Assembly (NCBI RefSeq): GCF_009914755.1
Contig: NC_060930.1
Strand: one strand, 5' to 3'
DNA length: 64,000 nucleotides
Source: the human T2T-CHM13v2.0 reference genome, Homo sapiens
Every line of letters starts with the position of its first letter. The stretch's first letter is position 1. Of the stretch, positions 46,730-63,049 are shown piece by piece. A model generated the notes under the pieces. The model saw only the letters and a program-made list of their open reading frames with translations, was not told the DNA's origin and ran no database searches. The translations under genes were made by a program, and so were the position numbers.

Positions 46730-47070
46730 TAATTCAGTTCTGATCCAGTTGAGTTTTAGGTAACGTGGACCCTTCAGATAAATGTGTACATTAGGCAATG
46801 TACACATTTGGTATGGTGGCATAAAATGCAAGGGTGAGACTTCAACTGTATCATAAATTCAGGAGTTATCAATATTAAGATATTAAGAAAAAATCGGTAA
46901 AAAGTAGCAATCCTCTAGCTTACTCAAGAGGATCAGCTAGATAAAAAAATAGAAGAGAGCATAGGAAAACTCTAAGAATAGAAATGTAAAGAAGGGACAC
47001 AACAGGTAAAGATAGCAACAGAGACAGAGAAAGGTGGTTAGACTGGTAGAAGGGAATGCATGTATTTCAA
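46730..47070 (-). mobile_element. L2 fragment
   Basis: ttcagttctgatccagttgagttttagg ... ataaattcaggagttatcaat. Confidence 0.45.
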
Positions 47071-47078
47071 AACCCTAT

Positions 47079-47445
47079 TGTATTAGTCCATTCTCACACT
47101 GCTATGAGGAAATACACAAGACTGGGTTATTTATAAAGGAAAGAGGTTTCATTGATTCACATTTCCACGTAGCTGGGGAGGCCTCAGGAAACTTAACAAT
47201 TACAGATGAAGACAAAGGACAAGCAGGCACCTTCTTCACAGGGCAGTAAGACAGTGTGAGTGCAATCAGGGGAAATAGCAGATGCTTATAAAACCATCAG
47301 ATCTCATAAGACTCACTCACTATCACGAGAACATGGGGAAAACCATCCCCATGATCCAATTACCTCTACCTGGTCCCGCCCTTGACACTTGGGGATTATA
47401 ATTCAAGATGAGATTGTAGGTAGGGGACACAGCGTAACCTTATCA
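47079..47445 (-). mobile_element. THE1 (C/D-like) solo LTR
   Basis: tgtattagtccattctcacactgct ... ggggacacagcgtaaccttatca; TSD cctat/actat. Confidence 0.92.
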
Positions 47446-50151
47446 ACTATATAATCTCAAATTATTTACATGTAAAAGTATGCTACACACAGTTCTCAAA
47501 GTCAACATAAATATCTAATTAAGTATTTTAACTAACGTATGTTTATTCATATAAAAACTAACTTCCATGGATATATTTATGGCATTTGATTTGTGCAAAA
47601 TACTGAACTTCAATAGAAAGTAAAAAATATTTATTTTATAAAGTATCATTTGTATTTGTATTTGTTTCTACATGATCCTAAATGTGAAATATAATTTTCC
47701 GGAGAAAAAATAAGAACAATTTTCAAAGTAAACTAAACAATGCTAGGGTCAACCCATAGTTTTTCGAAAGGACTGTAATACTTTGAGCAAGTCACAGTTT
47801 TTAGAGAGAGATACTTAATATTAGATTTTATTTTTGTAGTTCTGGATGTCTTAAATTATAATTATTGTTGCAGTGCTGCAAATTTCGTTCTGAAATATGC
47901 TCCATTGACTGAAATCAGAAGCTGGTTTTTAACTAAATTGCCCTAGAACACTCCACATACTCATTTCGTCCAGCAGGGATTTTTAAAAGGATTCTTATAT
48001 GACAATCATTATCTGCTTCCTGTTGGCAGCTGCCCTTTTGCAGAAACATAGAATTTGTGATATCCCATGTGACTTTTGTGTGTGTGTGTTTCCCCGGTTG
48101 ATAGAAAAAAAAAGAAAAGCTAACCTTATGTTAATTAAACTTGAGGAAATAATGATTCAGAGTTTAAGAACCTATATACCAAGTTTCAGGGAAAAGCAAA
48201 TAAAAAAGCAGTGTTATAAATCATTCAAAAAGGGGGATTTATGGTGGAAACAACAAGCTAACTTTAACCACGGTTTCTCTGTTGGGTGCTTCTCTATAGA
48301 ACGGTTATAATAAATCATGCAATGCATGAATGGAAAATAGAATTCTTTTAACTTCCTCAGGATAAGCTCCTGAGACTCCTTTCTAACTTTGTGTACTTAT
48401 GCATGCACATCTCTTTTTTTATTACAGGTATTTTACACTGTATTGACTGCATCATACTTACCATATTCCAGCAAACAAATTTTTCATCTGTGTATAATCA
48501 GATGGATATTCAAATCCTATTTTTCATTTTAATTTGTTAGATTATACATTTCTGCACTCAGTGCCAGGGTTTCACCACACCTTGCTGTAAGAAAACTTAC
48601 TGTTACCAAGCCATCTTTAAATAAGCTACTGAGAGTGGGTTTCAAATAGCTTTAAATGCCATTTTAAATTTTATTTAAAAACTGAAATACTATTTAAAAT
48701 ACATGTTTTTCCAAAATGTTAGAATGCATTTCTTGGCTTATTAGAAATATTCTACATATTTAATTATTGTTGCTAAATTCTCTTACAAAATAACTTTGCT
48801 TAAGAGATGATCTAAAATGAACTTGTACATTTTTTCAGTACCATTGCAGTTTTTTCCACTCCTATTTGTATTCATCAAAAGTTTGTATATTTTTAGGAAA
48901 AAAGTAACCAAGCAAATAAAGGAAGTGATTAGAGGGACTGGACAAATAGAATAAGGAAATAAGGTGAAAACAGCGAGGAGACAAGAAGAAGGATATACAG
49001 TGGCAGGGAGAAAGATAATAAATTGGAAGAACTATAAAGAAAAAAAACATGATAAATTGTCTTGCCAGTAAAAGAATCTTGCTATTTAATCTTCTGGATA
49101 TTTTGTATACCATTACCACCTGATAAACTAGAACAGATATAAGAAGCATCAGAAAAGGAAGACAAAAGAGTAACTAAAAGGAAGGAAAAAATTTAAAAGT
49201 TCATATATCTGAGATTTCCCAAGAGACTTGAAAATTACTCAGTGGTATGAGCTACCTTACTATAATTAAAATTACTTCGGAAGGTAACTTCTTGCTTATG
49301 CAGCACCTCAGATGCAGAAAAGTATGACAACCTCGCCACCTACTTTTCAATTTAGAGACCTTTTTATTAGGTACCCAGACATAACTGTTTTCTAGGGAAA
49401 AGTAATTTTATAATTTTTTTTCAAATTTTCAGCCAAAGAATGATTTTGCACTAGCTAAAGTGGAACATAAATGAGCCTTTAAGCAGGAGACGTGCTCATC
49501 TTTAAAATGGAGGATGAAGGGCATAGTGTGTAAAAGCGCCTTGTATTTTCTGGGAGTATAGCCTTCTCAACTTAAGAGGTCAGGAAAGGACATTACTCTG
49601 GCTGCATGCGTCTCTCAAGTTTGCAGTAGGTAAACAGGAAGAGCCTTGGGAAGTTCACCAGTTTATAATTCTCTTCCAGTGCTTACTCCAGAACAGGAGG
49701 ATAAAAGGCAGAGAGAAATGCTAGGGAGGCAGCAAGATTAAAGAAAATAATTCTTTGTAACAAAGGGAAAATGCCACATTATTCTCTACTTCAACATGCT
49801 GTGAAATTTAGCAAAGAGTGGAATATAGCAGGAGGGAGAGAGAGGAGTATCCCACATTAGGCTGTTGTATTCAGTTCATTGACATATTTGACTAGATTGG
49901 TAGGCAATTATGTATTCTTGAAGTGACAAGATTTGATTTTATGTACAACTTAACAGCCTACATAATTAGAAAAGACTGTCCCCAATCTTTCTATGTGATT
50001 TAGTTTGTAAACAACATCCAAAACTTTGTTTTGCTTTAATGATGTTTATACCTAAAAAATAAAACCGGAAAGAAATACTCATGGTTAATTGTAACGTGTT
50101 ACTTCACACAGCAAGACTTAACTTCTTCTCATCCATTGTCAATAGAACATG

Positions 50152-50335
50152 CAGCAAGTGAAGTGGAAAGAGCAACTGACTGAGAATCAGGAGACCAGGG
50201 ATTTCATCTTGCTGTTGCCACTAATTAGCTGTCTGACCAAGAGTATCTCAGTGTCTCCAAATTTGAATTTTCTCATCTGTAAAATGAGGAAGTTGTTGAT
50301 ATATAAAGCTCTTTCTGGTGCTAAAAATCTATATG
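50152..50335 (+). mobile_element. MIR (MIR3/MIRc-like)
   Basis: agtggaaagagcaactgactgagaatcaggagacc ... ttttctcatctgtaaaatgagg. Confidence 0.75.
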
Positions 50336-51649
50336 CACTGCATTGTCCCCTGGCAGCATAGGTAGATTTACATTGAGCTATCCATGTGTACTTTCTGTTC
50401 CTTTTGTGAGTACTGCTATTTATATATTCCGGTAATGTTAACTGGCAATGGTTATGTGTATAGTCTGTAGGACAGAAGGAATCAAAGTGATCTGTTCAAG
50501 AATCAGAATCCTCACCACAGCCAATGAGCAAAAGCTCCAATCGACCAAGTTCCCTGGTGATACTGTAATGCCAATGCTTCCTTAGGGATGTGTTTCCATA
50601 TATGTCTATTTCACTGAGAATGAACTGCATACACACTGAAATAATCAATTAGACTTTCCACTGCAATTAGACAAAATATAGTCTCTTCAAGGCATAATGA
50701 TAGCTTATATTGCTTTCTCAATGGTGTCTTTATGATACAAATAGGAAGGATGGAAAAGGATCAATGAATTGAGGAGATAAATCAGCACACATGGCATTGA
50801 AAGTACTTGTGTGAGCTAAATTAACATGCATAAACATACTTATTAATGCCCTATCTAAAACAAGCAAAAGAAAACAGACCCCCCCTACAAAAAAAAACAA
50901 AGAGAATAACAGAAATGTTTATAATACATATGAACAATGAATACATTATAGAATACTGGGAGCATTATAATTGTTATTGATATTACGCTGACTATGTAAT
51001 TCCAAGTCATTGTTTAGATCTTATCTCTTAAAATCACTAGTATGTCTGTGTTATAATATCTTGTTTAAATGTTGATATATTGCAGATAGATTTTATAATG
51101 TGTGTTTAATTTGTGTTGCATTTAACAAACTGAAAACAAAATTCTGAGTGACAAACATACTTGTCAATAAAGCCTTTAAAATATATTACAAATAATGGAG
51201 TTTGGCCGTCTATTGACTCATTTATTTGAGACACATTGCGTAGGAGAACAAAGTTATGAATTTGAAACCAACGTGAATTTTATATTCTGTTATATGATTA
51301 AAAACTTGATTAGTGGTGATTTCAAAAGGTCTTTTTCAAGTGGCTTTCTTTTGTTTAAAAAAAAGAATATGAGAGAATGTGGATAAATCAATAGACATTC
51401 ACATAATTTATTATGCATGAAAGGGTAATAATGGATCAGTAGTGACATGAAATTCTAGTTTATATTTATAAAATGCTGAACAGACTATGTAGTTTAGTCC
51501 TTCTTTACCCATTGTCTGTGGACCAAAGAAAGCAAATGTTTCTTCTTTTTTAATCTCCATTTTTTCTATTAATACTTCTCTCCTAGGATCTCTGGTATGT
51601 AATTTAAATCATTTACCACACTAAAATAAAATTTGACTTGAAAAATACT

Positions 51650-51780
51650 GCTCGAACCCAACCTCATTACAGATGAGATCACTGAGCTCTAGAGAGTTAA
51701 AGTGACTTTCTAGCATCAAACAGTTCATTAATAACAGAGCCACTGTTGTAACCTAGGTCTTGTGACTTCAAATGCAGCAA
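51650..51780 (-). mobile_element. MIR
   Basis: ctcattacagatgagatcactgagctctagagagttaaagtgactt. Confidence 0.75.
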
Positions 51781-54700
51781 TTTATCTTTTAGCCTTCAGA
51801 CATTTATCTTTTGGCCTTTGTAGAGTCCAAAATCAAGACCAATTATTTATAATGTAATTCTCTTTTGTTATTCAAAATTTTGAGTTTATTCTGGAAGCTA
51901 GAACTCATTTTTTTTTTATAAATTAGGAGATAAATTAGCACCCATGGCTAATTTATCTACGCTATTTCTATTTATCTGGCTATTTCTAAAATGGAATCAC
52001 TCAAGTGAGAAAGAAGTAGCCAGAGATTTCAGCAATAAGAAAGGCAGATCCAACATTCTAAAACTTTCGCTGGTTAGCCATGGAGAAAGGAATAAATGAC
52101 AGGCTCATGTGTTAGTATCCATCTGATCCTAAGTGTAAATTGTGGCACCTTGAAGTAGCGTAACCTGAGAGAAGGGTCTCTATATAATTACTCGCCTGAA
52201 TCTCCAAAAAAAAAAAAAATGCTGTCAAGATTTTTCAAGTAGAGAGAGACAGAGTCACTAGTAAATTTTACAAAAGCAAATGTCAACTAACAGAGCCATT
52301 TCCATCCCTGAACCCAATGTACAATGGAGACATAAGGAATGGTCCTATGGACTTCCAAATTTCTAGTAGGGCAGGTTATATAAAATTCACAATTTGAAGG
52401 AATAATGAGAGACCTGGTATTAGAAAATTTTAAATGAAATAGTCAAATTAATAAACTCAGTACATTAGATCTGACAAAGAAACACTGGCTAACTCCCAAG
52501 AAGCCTCTCATGTTGGCCTTTGACTAGTTAAGCACAATCTAGAATCTGGCCCAGTGCTTCTCAGAATTTGTACCCTGAAACTGTGGCATGTACAGAGTGA
52601 ACTCATATAAACTATATTTAATAAAACCACTTACAGTAAAATCTCTGCCTCCTGTAGTAGATCAACATGAAAGCAAACACAATTAAAAGCTTGATTTATG
52701 AGTGTATAATCAGTACTAAGTATGTGATAATGTGTACTTTCCGATTTGTGCTTTATTTTAAAATCATCTTATACAAAAGGCATAAAAGAGATAAAATGAA
52801 TTTTTAATGGCATCAGGATAAAGGAATGTGATCTATCCTCACACTGGGGACATTATTATCAATGTGAGTGGACTAGCCAGCATCTGATGGCTTAAAAGAA
52901 ACATGCCAATTTTTGCCTCTGACTCTCATTTTCCTTTTAAGCCCAGTCCATTCATAAAGTGCCAGCTGTCACAATGACATGCTGTGTGTCATTTGGATTG
53001 TCTCCATTTTCAGCCTCTGAGTTGATTCATGCTTTAATCCCATGGAGATATAAGGTTATATGTAAAAATGGAATAATATGCTTCCCTAAACCCTCTTTGT
53101 AAGATGCTGGAACAAAAGAGGCACTGTTTGGTACTTAAATAAGAGAATATAGCAGTAGGAATATTTTTTTTTCTTATCCCCCATTTCAAATATGGTGGGA
53201 GGTGCCAGCATTTGTAATTGTATGTGTCATATAAATGGAATATTTGGTATCAAGCATGTGGCTAGGGTGCACCAGTCATGCCCTGTTGGAAGTCGTACTA
53301 GCCAGGAGGACATTATAGTTGATCCTGACTTATTTTCTGCCATGATAGACCAGAGTTCTTCATTAGCAGGTGTACAAAATCTCTAAGCATCCCTGGAAGC
53401 ATGTTGAGAGTGTTGTGTTGAGGATAACCAGTTGGAACAACAGCCTATAAAATTAGTTTATCATTGGTAATGTAACTTCATTGTATCCACTATTAAAAAT
53501 AAGGGAAATTAATTTCAAGGAATTTAATGTTCAAAGGATAACTTTATATCTTCTAGTATCAAACAGAAACTTACATGATATCTTGCTATTCCCATTTGTA
53601 TGTGACAACACGTTCTGCAGCTGACTCCTTACCCCAAGCCCTGGAGAAATCATCAGTGTTGAGCAGTTCATGAGAGCATGGCAGTGTAAAGGCTTATGTG
53701 GGATTCGGGGCAACAGTCTGAAATGTAGCACCCTGCTTACTCTGGGCTTTTAGGTTAGGGAATTAATCCCCCAGAGTCTTTTGGCCCTAGCAGAATCGAA
53801 TATGCTTCCTGGAACTGTTCACCAAGTATTTCAGTCAATATCAATTGCTAGGAATAAAACAAGGTCACATTCCTGCAACTACTGACATAGTGGAATATAT
53901 TTACTAAATTTGGTTATCCATGATGAAATTTTTAAGCAGTTTGAAACAAAAATGCTAATTCCATTAAATATTGATGACTGGGAAAAAATTGCCATTCATG
54001 AACCTAGAAATACATTTTTTAAAAAATTGACTACTATATTCAAAAAATATTTATTAACCTTATTTAATACCCTTCCCATTATCATATAGTTTAAATCCCT
54101 ATGAAACACACTGACAATGCTCAAGGACAATGCAGTGTTGTAGCTAGTGGAATATTACAGTTCTTTTATGAATTCATATAGTCACAAGAACCAGATTTCA
54201 GATTACCAAAAATCAGTTATATTTATACCCAAATTTGTTTATGCTAGTTGAAATTATTATAGCACTTAAATGTAATTGTTATAGCATTTAATATAAAAAT
54301 GATAAAATATGAAGGGAAATCACACTTTAATATAAAATGTTTTAAGTATAATAAAAGTGAATAGTTCAAAAATCTCCTGAATGAGAATAAGATAGCTTTA
54401 AAAAATTAAAAAAAAAATAAAGGGACTACCGATAATTTGTTTCATAAATTATATAAGTTTTCATTTATTTTTTAGACATTGTGACCAGAAGTCATAAGTC
54501 TTATTTACTGCAATTATGGGCTTTGTAAGAAAAATGATAGAATCCTAGTCATGCAAAATATATTCTAAGTGAAGACTAAACTTCACACCATTAGGCTGGT
54601 TAATTAATTACTATTTATGCATCTTTTAATTCTAAATGAAAATGTCAGGCATTCTCATATTATTTGTCATGTTTTCTTGCTTAGAAGAGCTTTTAAGTTT

Positions 54701-54867
54701 ACTGATAAAATAACTACTTGGACCACTCATGTCAGGTAGAAAAGCCTCTGAACAATTATTCTACTACGGCTTGTGAAATCTTATCTGAAGTATTTTGCCT
54801 ACTGTTTTTGGTTATTTTTTCATACATTAATATAGATATAAAGTAGGAAGATATGCTAGTCTATATT

Positions 54868-54911
54868 CAACAATTCTTGCTCTAGGGAGCAACAATTCTT
54901 GCTCTAGGGAG
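54868..54911. repeat. Perfect 22-bp tandem duplication
   Basis: caacaattcttgctctagggag twice. Confidence 0.95.
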
Positions 54912-54943
54912 AAACAATTTATATTAAAAACATTAATTTTCAC

Positions 54944-54953
54944 CAAGATGGCC
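54944..54953 (+). promoter_or_regulatory. YY1 site of the L1 internal promoter
   Basis: CAAGATGGCC. Confidence 0.75.
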
Positions 54954-55958
54954 GAATAGGAACAGCTCCAGTCTGTACCTCCCAGTGTGATCAATGCAGA
55001 AGACGGGTGATTTCTTCATTACCAACTGAGTTACTTGGTTCATCTCACTGGGACTGGTTGGACACTGGGTGCAGCCCATGGAGGGTGAGCCAAAGCAGGG
55101 CAGGACGTCGCCTCACCTGGGAAGCGCAAGGGGTCGGGGGATTTCCCTTTCCTAGCCAAGAGAAGCCCTGACAGACTGTACCAGGAAAATCGGGACACCC
55201 CCACCTTAATACTGCGCTTTTCCAATGGTCTTAGCAATCAGCACACCAGGAGATTATATCCGGCACCTTGCTAGGAAGGTCCCACACCCACAGAGTCTTG
55301 CTCACTGCTAGTGCAGCAGTCTGAGATTGAACTGCAAGGCAGCAGCCTGGCAGGGGGAGGGGTGTCCACCATTGCCGAGGCTTGAGTAGATAAACAAAGC
55401 AGCCAGGGAAGGTCAAACTGGGTGGAACCCACCACAGCTCAGCAAGGCCTGTTGCCTCTGTAGAGTCCACCTCTGGGAGCAGGGCATAGATTAACAAAAG
55501 GCAGCAGAAACTTCTGCAGACTTAAATATCCCTGTATGACAGCTCTGAAGAGAGCAGTGGTTCTCTCAGCACAGTGTTTGAGCTCAGAGAACAGACAGAC
55601 TGCCTCCTCAAGTGGATCTCTGACCACCCGCATGTAGCCTAACAGGGAGACACCTCCCAGTAGGGGCCTACTGACACCTCATACAGGCAGGTGCCCCTCT
55701 GGGATGAATTTTCCAGAGGAAGGATCAGGCAGCGATATTTGCCATTCTGCAGCCTCTGCTGGTGACACCCAGGCAAACAGGGTATGGAGTGGACCTCCAG
55801 CAAACTCCAACAGACCTGCAGCTGAGGGCCTTGACTGTTAGAAAAAAAACGAACAAACAGGAGGGAATAGCATCCGCATCAACAAAAAGGACATCCACAT
55901 CAAAGGATGTCTGTAGGTCACCAACATCAAAGACCAAAGGTAGATAAAAACCACAAAG

Positions 55959-56980
55959 ATGGGGAAAAACCAGAACAGAAAAGTGAAAATTCTGAAAACC
56001 AGAATGCCTCTTCTCCTCCAAAGGGTTGGAGCTTCTTGCCAGCAATGGAACAAAGCTGGATGGAGAATGACTTTGATGAGCTGACGGAAGTAGGCTTCAG
56101 AAGGTTGGTAATAACGAACTTCTCCAAACTAAAGGAGGATGTTCAAACCTATTGCAAGGAAGCTAAAAACCTTGAAAAAAGATTAGATGAATGGCTAACT
56201 ATAATGAACAGTGTAGAGAAGACCTTAAGTGACCTGATGGAGCTGAAAACTATGGCTTGAGAACTACGTGACACATACACAAGCTTCGATAGCTGATTCA
56301 ATCAAGTGGAAGAAAGGGTATCGGTGACCGAAGATCAAATTAATGAATAAAGTGAGAAGAAAAGTTTAGAAAAAAGGGTAAAAAGAAATAAATAAAGCCT
56401 CCAAGAAATATAAGACTATGTGAAAAGACCAAATCTATGTTTGATTGGTGTACCTGAAAGTGACTGGGAGAATGGAACCAAGTTGGAAAACACTCTGCAG
56501 GATGTTATCCAGGAGAACTTCCCCAACCTAGCAAGGCAGGTGAACATTCAAGTTGCGGAAAAAGAGAGAACACAACCAAGATACTCCTCAAGAAGAGCAA
56601 CCCCAAGACAAATAATTGTCAGATCCATCAAGGTAGAAATGAAGGAAAAAATGTTAAGGGCAGCCAGAGAGAAAGCTTGGGTTACCCACAAAGGGAAGCC
56701 CATCAGAATAACAGTAGATCTCTCAGTAGAAAATCTACAAGCCAGAAGAAAGTGGGGGCCAATATTCAACATTCTTAAAGAAAATAATTTTCAACCCAGA
56801 ATTTCATATCCAGCCAAACTAAGCTTCATAAGTGAAAGAGAAATAAAATCCTTTACAGATAAGCAAATGCTGAGAGATTTTGTCACCACCAGGCCTGCTG
56901 TACAAAAGCTCCTGAAGGAAGCATTAAACATGGAAAGGAACAACTGGTACCAGCTACTGCAAAAACATGCCAAATTGTAA
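55959..56980 (+). pseudogene. L1 ORF1p, disrupted
   Basis: ATGGGGAAAAAC start; 56420-56980 gives KRPNLCLIGVPE...NWYQLLQKHAKL; upstream stops and frameshifts. Confidence 0.93.
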
Positions 56981-57043
56981 AGAGTATCGATGCTAGGAAG
57001 AAAATGCATCAACTAAAGGACAAAATAACCAGCTAACATCATA

Positions 57044-60881
<3,838 letters not shown>

Positions 60882-63049
60882 ACAATAGGAACACTTGGAT
60901 ACAGGGCGGGGAACATCTCACCCCGAGGCCTGTCATGTGTTGGGGGCAGAGGGAGGGATAGCATTAGGAGAAATACCTAGTGTAAATGACGAGTTAAAAG
61001 GTGCAGCCAACCACCATTGCACATGTGTACCTATGTAACAAACCTGCACGTTGTGCACATGTACACTAGAACTTAAAGTATAATAATAAAAATAATAATT
61101 TTCTTATTTCTAAACTAAAATTACTGAACCAAAGAGCATGGAAATGATCAGACTCATTGTTTAAAATATGTAAAATATTAAACAAGCAAATAATAAATTC
61201 CCACTATGATATTCAATTTATCTTTTTCAGTATGTATAATATTATTTTGAAGAAAATTAATGGATGTATCATTATTTAAATAGAAGCATACAGAAATTAT
61301 GCTTACTAAAAAAATAACCAGAAACACAGTCAGTGGTGCAACAGTAAAAAAAAAAACACACAGCAACAGAACAGAACAATTGCCTATTGTAAGATTAAAT
61401 TTTATATTATATATTAATTTTATTATAATTATTATAAAAGTCTTTTGTTTTAAAATTCAGGAACATATGAATAATTATTATAATAATGAATTGGAAACAC
61501 TTAAATTTGTATAATAAAGTTGAAACAAAATTTAAATATATGCAGTTTATAATACATCCCTGTAGAAATGACACCAGCTGAAATGTCCTCTTTGACCTCC
61601 TCCTATGCAAAGTTGCACAGATAACTGTTCTACAATAATGAAGAAATAGCATATGCTCTTTGCATGCAACTATTTTGTGTTCCAAAACATGATGGTGAAA
61701 TTCATCTGGAAAGTTCTGGAATGAGTGTCCTATAACCACATGACAACTCTATAGACAGTGAAATGACAAAGTAGTTTGAGATGGTTACCCAAGGACTTGG
61801 AGGACAAATCTCATCAATATTTTAGCAATGGATTTTTAACACCCTGGAATATGTGGCTTTAACTCGACAGCACAAAACACACTGCAGAATATCGAATTTC
61901 TTTTGTCTGAAACCACTGAGGCCACATTGTCACGTTTTGGTTGACTGAGTCTCAAGTTGTAATTCAGTTTGATCTCGACTTTTGCAGGAAACCTGGGACA
62001 TGGCAGAAGATGGCAATAATGAGGTTCTTGAAAGGATGAAAATCTAGCATACATCTGAGGATTAAAGGGTCTTTATAAGTAACTTTTCAAGCAAAACCTT
62101 GACACAAGAAACAAAACTGTAATCTCCACAGTCACAGCATATTACTTTTTCCTCTCACAGGCAGATAAAATATTTCTCTTTAGTCAATGTTCTAGAATAC
62201 TTTATTATTACTGTTTTCAAATCGTTACGTATGTGTTAGAGAAGAACGGATAAATTGAGGAATTGTACTCACATTTGACTTATTTCCTTTCATCTATTTT
62301 ACAAAGAATTGTATTTGCCAAACAGTGTAATATTTTAAATATTAGGACAATTTCACAAAAATCACTTTTACACATTTATAAGTGACTTAAGTTTCAATAA
62401 TTAAAATGAATCATATTTTTAATTTGTTTACATTCTGTGAAGCTTTATGTACCAATGTGGCAAATAGGTCATAAGATAATTCTCTATTAAAAGAATTGTA
62501 GTATCTGCTTCAATAAAACTCAAGTACTCATAAAGGTATTTAAAACATCTTGGAACTCATTGAAGAAAATGCTTATATAGTCCACACATAGGGGACATGA
62601 AAAAGTTAAGTAGAAAAGCTCCAGGTTACAGCTGGGTTGTCGGTAGGGTGCATGCCCTATAGTTTCATAAAACAACTAATACAGAATCAATTACCACCCA
62701 GTAGGGAAGGCTTTTTTTCCAGGTAACCTCTAAACTATTTTCTTCCCACAACTGCTAATGCAGAGCCCTCCTACTACCGCTACAGACCTGATCATAGACA
62801 GGATGTGGAGCAGAGTTAGTACACAATGAATTCATTCCTGTGCATCCAGGAGCTATTGTTGAAATTTTGATGAAAATGCCCTGAAAACAAGCAAAACTCA
62901 TAATTCTACTTTGCATGGATCTTTTCAATAGCAGGAAAAGCAGTGAATAGGCATTTGGGTTTGTTAAATAAAGGCTGCACTTTAATCCTTGTTAAAAGAC
63001 AACATCTGACTTTTAGCATAGATTTCTCATAAAATGAAGATAATTAATA

